From contig OZ024740.1 of the NCBI GenBank assembly GCA_964016885.1, positions 420,918,001 to 420,982,000 on the forward strand: a stretch of DNA of 64,000 nt. Direction: 5' to 3'. Shown in pieces: positions 12,459 through 25,518 of the stretch. The translations under genes were made by a program, and so were the position numbers. Under the pieces are notes generated by a model, which did no database searches, was not told the origin of the DNA, and saw nothing but the letters and a program-made list of their open reading frames with translations. The DNA comes from Eledone cirrhosa. Its lineage: Eukaryota. Each line of letters opens with the position of its first letter. Position 1 is the stretch's first letter.

Positions 12459-13881
12459 TTACATATTGCTATAGTAGTGACCGATACCATAACTTTGGTA
12501 TCATTACATATTGCTATAGTAGTGACCGATACCATAACTTTGGTATCATTACATATTGCTATAGCAGTGACCGATACCATGGCTTTGGTATCATTACATA
12601 TTGCTATAGTAGTGACCGATACCATGGCTTTGGTATCATTACATATTGCTATAGTAGTGACCGATACCATAACTTTGGTATCATTACATATTGCTATAGT
12701 AGTGACCGATACCATGGCTTTGGTATCATTACATATTGCTATAGTAGTGACCGATACCATAGCTTTGGTATCATTACATATTGCTATAGCAGTGACCGAT
12801 ACCATGGCTTTGGTATCATTAGATATTGCTATAGTAGTGACCGATACCATAACTTTGGTATCATTACATATTGCTATAGCAGTGACCGATACCATAGCGT
12901 TGGTATCATTACATATTGCTATAGTAGTGACCGATACCATGGCTTTGGTATCATTACATATTGCTATAGCAGTGACCGATACCATGGCTTTGGTATCATT
13001 ACATATTGCTATAGTAGTGACCGATACCATAACTTTGGTATCATTACATATTGCTATAGTAGTGACCGATACCATAACTTTGGTATCATTACATATTGCT
13101 ATAGCAGTGACCGATACCATGGCTTTGGTATCATTACATATTGCTATAGTAGTGACCGATACCATGGCTTTGGTATCATTACATATTGCTATAGTAGTGA
13201 CCGATACCATAACTTTGGTATCATTACATATTGCTATAGTAGTGACCGATACCATGGCTTTGGTATCATTACATATTGCTATAGTAGTGACCGATACCAT
13301 AGCTTTGGTATCATTACATATTGCTATAGTAGTGACCGATACCATGGCTTTGGTATCATTAGATGTTGCTATAGTAGTGACCGATACCATAACTTTGGTA
13401 TCATTACATATTGCTATAGCAGTGACCGATACCATAGCGTTGGTATCATTACATATTGCTATAGTAGTGACCGATACCATGGCTTTGGTATCATTACATA
13501 TTGCTATAGCAGTGACCGATACCATGGCTTTGGTATCATTACATATTGCTATAGTAGTGACCGATACCATGGCTTTGGTATCATTACATATTGCTATAGC
13601 AGTGACCGATACCATGGCTTTGGTATCATTACATATTGCTATAGCAGTGACCGATACCATAACTTTGGTATCATTACATATTGCTATAGCAGTGACCGAT
13701 ACCATAGCTTTGGTATCATTACATATTGCTATAGTGGTGACCGATACCATGGCTTTGGTATCATTACATATTGCTATAGCAGTGACCGATACCATGGCTT
13801 TGGTATCATTACATATTGCTATAGCAGTGACCGATACCATGGCTTTGGTATCATTACATATTGCTATAGTGGCGACCGATA
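12459..13881. repeat. 45-bp minisatellite (~31 units) with a 540-bp higher-order duplication
   Basis: Unit acatattgctatagtagtgaccgataccatggctttggtatcatt. Rare variants (attagat, atagcgtt) recur at a 540 bp offset. Confidence 0.96.
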
Positions 13882-14216
13882 TCATCATCATCATTTTACG
13901 TCCGCTTTTCCCTGCTTGCAAAGGTGGGACGGGAACTGATTCTGGCTTGATTTCTACAGCTGGATGCCCTTCCTAACACCAACCTCATTTACAGTGAGTG
14001 CTGGGTGCTTTTTTTCCGTGGCACCTCCACGACCACTTTGCAGTGGAATGATAAGGACCCCAGTCCCTATCATCTCATTTCTACAGCTGAGTAAACTGGA
14101 GCAATGTGAAATAAAGTGTCTTGCTCAAGGAAACAACGCATCACCCGGTCTGAGAATTGAACTCACAACCTTTCGATTGCAAGGCCAAGGCTCTAACCAC
14201 TAAGCCATGTGCCTCC
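13882..14216 (-). mobile_element. Full-length tRNA-derived CORE-like SINE, tail type A
   Basis: Near-identical reverse complement of 30551-30894, with A box, B box, CORE-like segment and (atg)n tail. Confidence 0.9.
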
Positions 14217-15769
14217 ATCATCATAATTATTGCTGATGGAGTTACTATTGTAAGCATTGTTCATTCGAAGGTAGAAAGGAAAATGAGATTCTGTGATGTT
14301 TATATCTTGCTCCAAGATCGTTTGAAATCATCATCTTCATCATCGATTAATGCTTGGGGTAGACAGGTTGTCATCTTATGAGACAAGTCAGGTCTAGAGA
14401 CCACATCTCGCTCATATGGATCTGTATTTTGGCTTGATTTCTACAGGTGAATTCCCTCCCTTCAAACAGGGCCCCTGCTAACTTTAATAACAGAGCTAGA
14501 ATGGGGCCTTTAAAATGTTTGTTGTTATATGATGGCCCACCAAACCTGAACTGCCCTGGGCCCCACCAAGATTAAAATATGTCCTTGCCCAATATACAAT
14601 ATGCTGTTTAAACTTGTGAAATGACAATCACCGTATTTTCTCTATTATTCTGTTTAAAACATTGAGTTCCAAATCAATGACTCTAACTCCTGTGTTTCAT
14701 GGTAATTTGAAACATTAATTTAAGAGTATTTAAAACTTTGAGCTTCATGGAGTAACGACTTGGAAATAAGTCAATGACGTAGCATTGAAAAGTTAATTAG
14801 AAATGATTATGTATTTAGGAGAAAAAATAATATTTGATATTATTTAATTTGGGAGACAAGTGGATTAGGTTACCTAATATCTACTGGAGGTAACTTAACC
14901 AGATGATTCAGTACAGAATTATCTCCTTCATTAGTTATAGGTTCAAATCTACTGCTACTATGTTATGTTTCTAGGTAGTACACTTCATTCTATATTGCCT
15001 CAGTATACCGTGCTGTTTGGTAATAACTCCCAGATCAAAAAGGTTCTGTCTAGACTCTAACACTCATCTCAGTCCACTTTGTCATTACCATCTGGACACT
15101 AGTTCTGCTTATAGATTGTATGTAATAACAACAGATGTAACAGTCCACTTTACACATAAAACATTACCATTACATCTGGATGCTAGTTCTGCTTCTGGAT
15201 TGTATGTAATAACACCTTAACAGATCTAACAGTCCACTCTACACATAAAAAAATCATTTTTCAAACACCAGGTGAAATCTTTCTGGCTGTCAACTTTATT
15301 AGAAATCCTTATCAAGGCAGAGAGAGAAATTCTATGTGGTCCCTTAACTTGCTTGAAATAGCATCCGAGCCTCTCTCCATTCACATACCACCATTTTAAA
15401 ATTTGACTGACATTTGATAATGTAGTTGTAGATATAGTGTTTGATAAAAAGGGAGTATGGTCACAGTTGTTGATCACAGCTAACTGGCGACTAAACATTG
15501 ACAACTACTGCTACAACGAGATGGAGCCAATGAGAAAATATCTACAAGATCATTTGGCCTGCTAAAAATAGCAACTAAATCTGCCTCAAATTACCCCTTA
15601 CTACTTTAAAAACGAAAGGACACTTTGAATAATGTAGTTTAGATAACCCTTTTGATACCATTTCACTTAAAACTGCCCTAGTTCTATAATACTAAGCTGT
15701 TTATTATATATAAAACCTTCATAATTTTTATGCAAACATATTCTGTTTCAGCACTTCAGTAATCTATCT

Positions 15770-16119
15770 ATCTATCCAGGGCGGGTAAAATTCTCGAGAT
15801 CCATGGATGAGTTCTCTCCAGCGGTCTCTGTCCCTCATTATCGCTGCCATGTCCTGTGTCTGTCCTTAGGGCATCAACATATGTTAACCTCGGTGTTCCT
15901 CTTCCACTGTGTCCATGCAGGGGCTCCCACAGGAGCACTGAGTGCAGTCTCAACTCTGGATGTCAGTGAGCATGATCCAGCTAACCTCAGTCTCCTCTGT
16001 GTCACTTTCGAGCTGACTTTTGGGAGGCTCCCATACAGCTCTGAGTTCTTCATCCTCAGTGTATACTGATTAATGTTCAGAGCCATCCTCAGCATTCTCG
16101 TGTAGCACCCATCCACCAT
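15770..16119 (-). pseudogene. RTE-group LINE ORF C-terminal fragment, frameshifted
   Basis: DGCYTRMLRMALNI...NSELYGSLPKVSSKVTQRRLRLAG, then in another frame VLLWEPLHGHSGRGTPRLTYVDAL. These are typical post-RT motifs of RTE elements. Confidence 0.85.
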
Positions 16120-16591
16120 CAGTAATGAGAAGGTTAATTATATATAAAGTTAGTTATACTAAATCTCTCCAAATTACTCTCAGGTCTTGATTAATTGTCC
16201 CTGCCCCACTTATTAATATTTCAGACCCCCCACACACTTATTAGATTTTGCTAATCTATCTTCAGCGAAATTTTATTGTGATTCATATTGATACAGCAGT
16301 TGGAGAATCTAATAATAATTTTACTTTACATTAAAAAACATTATATATGACATTATAAGAAATCCCATATTTACGAATGTACACTATACAATTACTGACC
16401 CTCCCTCTCCGTTTATTCCCCACTCCCACCCCATTATTATTCGGAACCCGAGAGTATTCATTATTTTCAAAATGATTTTAAAATAAGAGCAGTGCCCCAA
16501 CATGGCCTCAGCCGGATGGCTGGAACAGGTAAAAGAGTAATTTTCTACATGAGAAAAAAGTTGAGTTAGAATAATCAACAAATTTATATAC

Positions 16592-16970
16592 TATAAAAGG
16601 TCGGCTGAAAAGTTCATAGGTTGTTTATATGGCATTTCAGACTGAATATAGCAATTTATTTAAAGTTTGTCGATAAAAGAACATGAACAAAAATGAGGTT
16701 AATAGTTTAATCAATGTTTATTATAGAAGCAAATATGTCAAATGCGGTTATTAGATGATGCAGCGAGCTACAATGGTTGATTGAGAAGTTCATAGGCTGA
16801 CCAAGATACTCTCATGGAATGACCCAATGAGATTTAGTTTTCAACATAGTCTTTGGAAAGAAACAATGCAGTTGTTAAAAAGGAGAGTTGAAATTAATGT
16901 ATACAAGATTTCACAGCTCTAGCATCACTCCTTCATTGTCAGCCAATGTACTTTTCAGCCCACCCTCATA
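16592..16970. mobile_element. mariner-type MITE, degenerate
   Basis: Terminal repeats tataaaaggtcggctgaaaagttcatagg ... ccaatgtacttttcagcccaccctcata. The inner part from ~16770 is homologous to 23626-23770. Confidence 0.65.
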
Positions 16971-17037
16971 TATTAAAATAGTTACTTCCCTGTTGACACA
17001 ATACCGATAAAGCTGTTTATTCACAAACAAAACACAA

Positions 17038-17260
17038 TTAACTCTTTAGCATTTACATTACTCTATATTTACTATTGTATTTTCACAGTAAACACTTTAT
17101 TTCACATAATTATCTCACATAATATCGAATCTACAAGATTTTGATACTGTTTATTTTAATAACAATACCTTAACATCAGTATGAATGACTGTTTACAGCC
17201 AGTTTGAACAGAAAGAGATGAGAGAAGTCTGACCAGATATGGCCGGTTTAAAAGGGTTAA
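17038..17260 (-). mobile_element. piggyBac-type MITE
   Basis: ttaactctttagcatttacattactc ... aaagggttaa, collinear with 2233-2460. Confidence 0.82.
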
Positions 17261-17368
17261 AGGAAACAAAAATAAAAAGGAAATGAAAAGAAGAAAAATA
17301 ATAAAGAATCAGGCAACAAAAGAAAGGGAGAGGAGGGACAGACACTACACTACTGTCTGTGTGATGCC

Positions 17369-17527
17369 TCAGCCATGCCCTGTGGGCAAAATGGCAAGGG
17401 CATTACCACAGAGAATGGCCAGAGACACTCGCTGCAACAGACACCCAATATTACAGGGCACCCTTCTCAAGTGGACCACTGTCTTTCTGATTTTACAGAG
17501 GAAATCAGCTGTGTGGGGACCAAGGCA
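17369..17527 (-). pseudogene. CRE-clade non-LTR retrotransposon C-terminal fragment
   Basis: Manual translation gives CLGPHTADFLCKIRKTVVHLRRVPCNIGCLLQRVSLAILCGNALAILPTGHG*. This matches the LxQRxSxAxxRGNA terminal motif of CRE-type restriction-like endonucleases. Confidence 0.72.
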
Positions 17528-17544
17528 GCATCTTTCATTAGAAA

Positions 17545-17725
17545 TATTGTTTCTACTTTTGGCAGAAGGCCATCAATTATCCCAGTGTATTACTGGTACT
17601 TTATTTTATCGACCCCCGTAAGGATAAAAGGCAAAGCTAACCATGGCAGAATTTGAACTCACAACATAAAGAGCCATAACTCTATGCTGCAAAGCATGGT
17701 GTCTGACGCTCTACCGATTCTGCCA
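17545..17725 (-). mobile_element. tRNA-derived SINE with the gcctttcatcc domain
   Basis: Reverse-complement homologue of 51516-51709. Confidence 0.82.
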
Positions 17726-18563
17726 AAAATATGGTAATGAAAGGCATTCTAACTGGACCATTCTCTATTTTTTAACTCTATGATCATAATTCTACTTGAC
17801 AAGGAATTGCTTAGGCTAAACAGCAACAGCTATTTAAATGATTTGACCATTATCCTGGTAACATCCATTTATATAAAAATATATAGATTTGGTATTTCAT
17901 TGTCACAGCATTAACCAACAGTCTTTATGTCTCTCATTCCTCTTTACTTCAACATTACCAACTCAAAGATAACATTAAGAGTGAACAACTTAGATAAAGT
18001 TGTTTGCTTGTATCAAGTTCACTTTTAATTACATGGGGGTGCGTAGTGAAAAAAAGAAGAAAGATTCTGTTAAGTTGAAGATAAAATTTAGTAGCATTTT
18101 TCTATTATAGTTATAGAATTTATTTTTAAAGTTTTTAAGATTAAAGTAATCTAAAATATGTTTACATTGAAAATAAAGAAACAAAAATTATATCAACCAC
18201 TTTATCTCTCCCCCCTCTCTCTATTTCCTATAAAGATATAGTTTACAGGATCTTAAACACATACACAAACACATGTATTCACACACATGTACTGGCAAAC
18301 AATTACACCCAGTTTTAAAACACATAATTTCCACTGGGATAGATGATGACAGTGATAAAAACAACAATGACATTAATAATACTACTAATAATAATAATGA
18401 GTTCTTTATTAACCCTCAGTATTTACTTAAAGATCAAGGATGGTACAGGGTAATACAGTTGTGGTTTGTATGAAAATATGTGTAAGAAAGGAAAATAACG
18501 AGAATAGAAACAAAATGACTAACAACTACAACAATAACAATAGCAACAATAATGGTAATGATT

Positions 18564-19052
18564 ACTTTATTAACCACAAAGGGTTTACAAAAAGAAAACA
18601 TTGAAGACAGCACAAGCCGGTACAATGTAGGGTTTTGCATGTAAAAACAGTGATAGCAGAAAAGAAGACAACTAAAAATAATTAGAACAAAAGAAAATTC
18701 CCCAATAGGGAGGAGACATCTGAGGGTCACTCATGGAGAAAGTCAACCTGACTGATAGGGCAAGTGTCCCTTCCCCGTTGTCCTCCTCCAATCTACAGGT
18801 CCATACTCAGAGCAGACCCATTTAGTTGTGCCATGCCTCTCTCACCTAACTTCCAACAAACTGGTTGGAAGGTAGCTCTTCTTTCTCCACCCTGATTTTC
18901 CTTTTCAAGTAAAACCTGAAAAAGTTAATCAGGGCTTCACTGAAGAGGAAAGTTCTTGTCTTCAATCCTTTCAAATGTTTCCACGATACAATCTCTTTCG
19001 CTATGGCCACCAAACACATAAAAACAGCCTGTCCTTCTTGGCTAAAGAAATA
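18564..19052 (-). pseudogene. L1/Tx1-type LINE 3' end (ORF2 C-terminus and 3' UTR)
   Basis: Manual translation gives FFSQEGQAVFMCLVAIAKEIVSWKHLKGLKTRTFLFSEALINFFRFYLKRKIRVEKEEL. The 3' end reads ccctttgtggttaataaag. The clade call is from recalled similarity. Confidence 0.6.
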
Positions 19053-19129
19053 ACCGTGACCTCTGGCGTCACACAGTAATACAGAAGACCCGACTTCCCA
19101 CGGCTACAAGCTGAAGCTGAAGCATATAG

Positions 19130-19370
19130 ACAATATGTTCCCACCCCCTCCCACTGTAATGTGGTCGTGTAGGTGCCACGAGAAAAAAGCACCCAGCACT
19201 CACTATAAATGAGGTTGGGGTTAGGAAGGGCATCCAACTGTAGAAATCAAGCCAGAATCAGTTCCCGTATGAGCAAGACAAGGTCAGCCGACTGGACACT
19301 GCCCACAACAGGACAACCCATCTAACCATGCTAGCATGGAAGAATGGATGTAAAACGGTGATGATGATGA
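19130..19370 (+). mobile_element. SINE 3' part with the ggaagggcatcc domain and (gat)n tail
   Basis: aaaagcacccagcactcac...aggaagggcatccaactgtagaaatcaagcc...gcatggaagaatggatgtaaaacggtgatgatga. Homologous to 29490-29705. Confidence 0.78.
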
Positions 19371-19413
19371 ATAATTTTTTTCCTTTTGTAAGGTTTCTCT
19401 AGGAATCAGTTTC

Positions 19414-21275
19414 TAGGTGAAGTATGTTAATTGGCCTCAGACCAGTCCCTGATCTCAGAGACTCAATATATCCTGTAGGTGAAGTATGTTAATTGACCTC
19501 AGATCAGTCCCTGATCTCAGAGGCTCAATATATCCTGTAGGTGAAGTATGTTAATTGGCCTCAGACCAGTCCCTGATCTCAGAGACTCACTATATCCTGT
19601 AGGTGAAGTATGTTAATTGACCTCAGATCAGTCCCTGATCTCAGAGGCTCAATATATCCTGTAGGTGAAGTATGTTAATTGACCTCAGATCAGTCCCTGA
19701 GCTCAGAAGCTCAATATATCCTGTAGGTGAAGTATGTTAATTGGCCTCAGATCAGTCCCTGATCTCAGAGGCTCAATATATCCTGTAGGTGAAGTATGTT
19801 AATTGGTCTCAGATCAGTCCCTGATCTCAGAGGCTCAATATATCCTGTAGGTGAAGTATGTTAATTGGCCTCAGATCAGTCCCTGATCTCAGATGCTCAA
19901 TATATCCTGTAGATGAAGTATGTTAATTGGTCTCAGATCAGTCCCTGATCTCAGAGGCTCAATATATCCTGTAGGTGAAGTATGTTAATTGGTCTCAGAT
20001 CAGTCCCTGATCTCAGAGGCTCAATATATCCTGTAGGTGAAGTATGTTAATTGGCCTCAGATCAGTCCCTGATCTCAGATGCTCAATATATCCTGTAGGT
20101 GAAGTATGTTAATTGGCCTCAGATCAGTCCCTGATCTCAGAGACTCACTATATCCTGTAGGTGAAGTATGTTAATTGGTCCCAGATCAGTCCCTGATCTC
20201 AGATGCTCACTATATCCTGTAGGTGAAGTATGTTAATTGGTCTCAGATCAGTCCCTGATCTCAGAGGCTCACTATATCCTGTAGGTGAAGTATGTTAATT
20301 GGTCTCAGATCAGTCCCTGATCTCAGAGGCTCACTATATCCTGTAGATGAAGTATGTTAATTGGCCTCAGATCAGTCCCTGATCTCAGATGCTCAATATA
20401 TCCTTAAGGTGAAGTATGTTAATTGGTCTCAGATCAGTCCCTGATCTCAGGCTCAATATATCCTGTAGGTGAAGTATGTTAATTGGTCTCAGATCAGTCC
20501 CTGATCTCAGAGGCTCACTATATCCTGTAGGTGAAGTATGTTAATTGGTCTCAGATCAGTCCCTGATCTCAGAGGCTCAATATATCCTGTAGGTGAAGTA
20601 TGTTAATTGGCCTCAGACCAGTCCCTGATCTCAGATGCTCACTATATCCTGTAGGTGAAGTATGTTAATTGACCTCAGATCAGTCCCTGATCTCAGAGGC
20701 TCAATATATCCTGTAGGTGAAGTATGTTAATTGGTCTCAGATCAGTCCCTGATCTCAGATGCTCAATATATCCTGTAGGTGAAGTATGTTAATTGGTCTC
20801 AGATCAGTCCCTGATCTCAGAGACTCACTATATCCTGTAGATGAAGTATGTTAATTGGCCTCAGATCAGTCCCTGATCTCAGAGGCTCAATATATCCTGT
20901 AGGTGAAGTATGTTAATTGGTCTCAGATCAGTCCCTGATCTCAGATGCTCACTATATCCTGTAGGTGAAGTATGTTAATTGGTCTCAGATCAGTCCCTGA
21001 TCTCAGATGCTCACTATATCCTGTAGGTGAAGTATGTTAATTGGTCTCAGATCAGTCCCTGATCTCAGAGGCTCAATATATCCTGTAGGTGAAGTATGTT
21101 AATTGGTCTCAGATCAGTCCCTGATCTCAGATGCTCACTATATCCTGTAGGTGAAGTATGTTAATTGGTCTCAGATCAGTCCTTGATCTCAGAGGCTCAA
21201 TATATCCTGTAGGTGAAGTATGTTAATTGGTCTCAGATCAGTCCCTGATCTCAGAGGCTCAATATATCCTGTAGG
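19414..21275. repeat. 62-bp minisatellite, 30 units, made from the stop-codon region of an R4/Dong-like element
   Basis: Unit gtgaagtatgttaattggtctcagatcagtccctgatctcagaggctcaatatatcctgtag. The span 1858 bp equals 30 x 62 minus 2. The last unit is continuous with the ORF fragment at 21251-21469. Confidence 0.95.
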
Positions 21276-21469
21276 ATTCTGGTAGTGCTAGTGATGATAG
21301 ACATTTGGACACTACCTATGAATTTGGAGATCCCAAGGCTTTTGATGAAAGATGTAAGACATTTATGGACTATGACTAATGCCCCAATGATGATTGGCAT
21401 GACTTCTGTCTTTAAATGGTTCTCAGTTCTAATAGCACCTGTAAGGTCTGCATACTTATTGATCTTTTT
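21251..21469 (-). pseudogene. R4/Dong-like non-LTR retrotransposon restriction-like endonuclease C-terminus
   Basis: Manual translation gives KKINKYADLTGAIRTENHLKTEVMPIIIGALVIVHKCLTSFIKSLGISKFIGSVQMSIITSTTRILQDILSL*. It contains the K..KY.DL, PIIIGAL and T.RIL..L motifs of this domain. Confidence 0.8.
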
Positions 21470-21527
21470 CTAATAATAATGATTTCTTCTGTTTTGCTTT
21501 TGTATTTACCACAAGGACACATCAAAT

Positions 21528-21640
21528 TTGTCGATTGACTTTAGTCAAATCGGACCGAGGAAACAATGTTTCCGTTGGTCTTTCCAATTGCGAGTACTAT
21601 CTATCGGTCTCAACTCCAGGTAGAAGGAGGACACATAAAA
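21528..21640 (-). mobile_element. SINE tail type C fragment
   Basis: Homologous to 43922-44020 (gtcaaatcggaccgagg...caactccaggtagaaggag). Confidence 0.7.
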
Positions 21641-22017
21641 AAGGACATTATTACATATAGGTGAAACTATAAACTGAAGCAAGGGATGACAAATGTGTAA
21701 TATTTGCAGAGTAAATAAAAGATATAGAAGTCAACATATTTAGTTTCCTTCCTGTGTTAATATGGCACCATTTGTGAATGATGATGATGATAATTATATT
21801 GATGATCATTGTCATTCTTGTTACATAATTAGCTCTGCCAGTAACTGTTATCACTCCCTCCCAGCTATTAAAGTTAATTAATCAACTTGTCATCAGCTTC
21901 ATGTCGTCATCATCATATAATAAATATTCTAACTATGATAATGGTGGCTTTTTTTATTTATTTTATGTTAAATATTCTTTGTTTTACCACCCTTACATTG
22001 AGACACACCTAACATGT

Positions 22018-22978
22018 ATTAAGACATCACAACTACAACATTAAGACATCACAGCTACAACTACTATATTAAGACATCACAACTACAACTACTGTATTAA
22101 GACATCACAACTACAACTATTGTATTAAGAGATCACAACTACAACATTAAGACATCACAACTACAACTACTGTATTAAGAGATCACTACAACATTAAGAC
22201 ATCACAACTACAACTACTATATTAAGACATCACAACTACAACTACTATATTAAGACATCACAACTACAACTACTATATTAAGACATCACAACTACAACTA
22301 CTGTATTAAGAGATCACAACTACAACATTAAGACATCACAACTAAAACTACTGTATTAAGACATCACAACTACAACATTAAGACATCACAACTACAACTA
22401 CTGTATTAAGACATCACAACTACAACTAACATGAACTAAGACATCACAACTACAACTAACATGAACTAAGACATCACAACTACAACTAACATGAACTAAG
22501 ACATCACAACTACAACTAACATGAACTAAGACATCACAACTACAACTAACATGAACTAAGACATCATAACTGCAACTACATCAACTAAGACATCACAACT
22601 ACAACTAACATGAACTAAGACATCACAACTACAACTAACATGAACTAAGACATCACAACTACAACTAACATGAACTAAGACATCACAACTGCAACTAACA
22701 TGAACTAAGACATCACAACTGCAACTAACATGAACTAAGACATCACAACTGCAACTAACATGAACTAAGACATCACAACTGCAACTAACATGAACTAAGA
22801 CATCACAACTGCAACTAACATGAACTAAGACATCACAACTGCAACTAACATGAACTAAGACATCACAACTGCAACTAACATGAACTAAGACATCACAACT
22901 GCAACTAACATCAACTAAGACATCACAACTACAACTAACATCAACTAAGACATCACAACTACAACTAACATGAACTAA
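22018..22978. repeat. 30-bp minisatellite with 21-bp variants
   Basis: Unit aagacatcacaactacaactaacatgaact in the right half. The left half mixes aagacatcacaactacaactactgtatt and aagacatcacaactacaacatt. Confidence 0.95.
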
Positions 22979-23625
22979 AAGGCAATCAGCCATTTTGCCT
23001 TTGTTATTTTCTTACCAGTAAATCTCATAACAGTATTTATTGGTAGGTAACATTACAAAGGGGAAGGTTATAAATTTGGCCCTTAAAATCAAAGTTTTTA
23101 AGAACTAATAACAACTAAAAAGAAACAAACCATGTTTAGTTACAGCCAGTGGTAGTAGAGAATATGAAGTGAGTGTATGGTATTTAAATAACTAGTGTGT
23201 ATTTACAAGAACTGGAAGATCTGTATGAAAAGTAGACTAAATATGATTATGGCACAACTCTATGAAGTATTTAGCTTCTTCCCCACAACAGGAAATGTAC
23301 CAACAGCTTGTGTCCTGGTGATACTGATCTGTCATAGCAATAAGCACACCAATAGATCAAAGATACCTCGGTAACTTCATTCTAGAAAAAGAAACGCTGT
23401 GACCTTTCTGAAATAAAATGTTAGAGTTGTTAGGGCGTTGGTTAGATTACTTTGCAGTGTACATTTTGGTGTTACATGTTCTGAGATCGAATCCCACCAA
23501 ATGTGTCTTTCATTCTTTACTGCTAGAAACAATTATTAGAAAAGTTTTGAATATATTTTTATGTCACATACACAAAACCCCATGAAAATATATTTTGGTG
23601 GACACACTTGATTTGATCTCATATC

Positions 23626-23770
23626 TACAAAGGTTGGCCGAAAAGTTCATAGGCTGACCAAGGTACTCTCATGGAATGACTAAATGATGCTTATTTTTCA
23701 ACATAGTCCCTGGAAAGAAATAATGCAGTTATTAATAAGAAGCCTATGAACTTTTCAGCCAGCTCTTGTA
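23626..23770. mobile_element. mariner-type MITE, 145 bp
   Basis: 30-bp terminal inverted repeats with terminal TA: tacaaaggttggccgaaaagttcataggct ... agcctatgaacttttcagccagctcttgta. Confidence 0.82.
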
Positions 23771-24481
23771 TGGTTGAACAATTTTTGTAACGCTCTTCTA
23801 CTAAAAGAAATTAAATATTTGCACACAAGATCCTTCAACAACTTTGCTAAGTTATATTGCGGTCTAGTTACATAAGCCAAGTCTGGGAGGATGGGTGGTC
23901 TGCATTTGATTTGCCAATTTTGGAGGGTGAGTATGGTTTGGTTTGGCAGGAGTCATGGATACAGGTTGGCATTCAGTTTAGAGTGTTTACTGAGAGTTAG
24001 TAGACTGATTGGAACAATAACGGTCTTATTTACATATATAATTCATTTCCACAAATTCTAAATCGCTTTCCATAAAGGTATTTATTAAAATTCAGTTTTA
24101 TCAAGATTTTAAGAAACACTACAATAAATTTTCTATGTATAGATTTAGTTTTGAAGTGAGGGAATTCTAGATTTAAAACTTTTGAGTGGGATAACAAACC
24201 AGCAAATAAAACATGATTTCTATTCTTTGGATATTTTAAAATACAATTTTTTTTCACAAGAATAAATTTATTCATCATTACATCCGTTAGTGAAGTCTAC
24301 CTAAATAAATCTTTCTAGGTCAGTACTATCTGGTATTAGTATATTAGCGGGTCATTGTGAATTCATCTGTTCAGTATCACAAGAAGAATAGTAAGTCATT
24401 CATGCAACACCCAACTTTTGTGTGATTAAAGTTAATCTTTTTTAGAGTTGATAAAATAAACTTACTAGATAAATATATTTA

Positions 24482-25518
24482 TGGCTGTTTCAGCACATTT
24501 CCCTTGCCATCTTCTGGGGCAATGTATTCTCCATCTTGTCGGCCAGGACCCAGAGGTGGAGTGGCTGTTTCAGCACATCTCCCTTGCCATCTTCTGGGGC
24601 AATGTATTCTCCATCTTGTCGGCCAGGACCCAGAGGTGGAGTGACTGTTTCAGCACATTTCCCTTGCCATCTTCTGGGGTAATGTATTCTCCATCTTGTC
24701 GGCCAGGACCCAGAGGTGGAGTGGCTGTTTCAGCACATTTCCCTTGCCATCTTCTGGGGCAATGTATTCTCCATCTTGTCGGCCAGGACCCAGAGGTGGA
24801 GTGGCTGTTTCAGCACATTTCCCTTGCCATCTTCTGGGGTAATGTATTCTCCATCTTGTCGGCCAGGACCCAGAGGTGGAGTGACTGTTTCAGCACATTT
24901 CCCTTGCCATCTTCTGGGGCAATGTATTCTCCATCTTGTCGGCCAGGACTCAGAGGTGGAGTGGCTGTTTCAGCACATTTCCCTTGCCATCTTCTGGGGC
25001 AATGTATTCTCCATCTTGTCGGCCAGGACTCAGAGGTGGAGTGGCTGTTTCAGCACATCTCCCTTGCCATCTTCTGGGGCAATGTATTCTCCATCTTGTC
25101 GGCCAGGACTCAGAGGTGGAGTGGCTGTTTCAGCGCCTCTCCCTTGCCATCTTCTGGGGTAATGTATTCTCCATCTTGTCGGCCAGGACCCAGAGGTGGA
25201 GTGGCTGTTTCAGCACATTTCCCTTGCCATCTTCTGGGGTAATGTATTCTCCATCTTGTCGGCCAGGACCCAGAGGTGGAGTGGCTGTTTCAGCGCCTCT
25301 CCCTTGCCATCTTCTGGGGTAATGTATTCTCCATCTTGTCGGCCAGGACCCAGAGGTGGAGTGGCTGTTTCAGCACATTTCCCTTGCCATCTTCTGGGGC
25401 AATGTATTCTCCATCTTGTCGGCCAGGACCCAGAGGTGGAGTGGCTGTTTCAGCGCCTCTCCCTAACCGTCCTCTGGGGTAATGTATTCTCCATTTTGTC
25501 ACTGGGACCCAGAGGTGA
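24482..25518 (+). repeat. 80-bp minisatellite (~13 units) derived from a CRE-clade C-terminal coding motif
   Basis: The unit translates to DPEVEWLFQ(H/R)(I/L)SLAIFWGNVFSILSA, similar to LLQRVSLAILCGNALAIL at 17369-17527. Confidence 0.9.

Noticed and set aside
12344-13976. ORFs of about 500 aa on both strands
   Set aside because: They are translations of a stop-free 45-bp tandem repeat, open in several frames at once, with no domain or splice evidence.
21275-21440. Plus-strand exon bounded by AG and GT (ORF 21285-21473)
   Set aside because: The minus strand gives a clear retrotransposon endonuclease C-terminus, so the plus-strand frame is its antisense shadow.
22556-22993. Cys-rich metallothionein-like ORF (VSCSCDVLVH)n
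   Set aside because: It is a translation of the 30-bp minisatellite.
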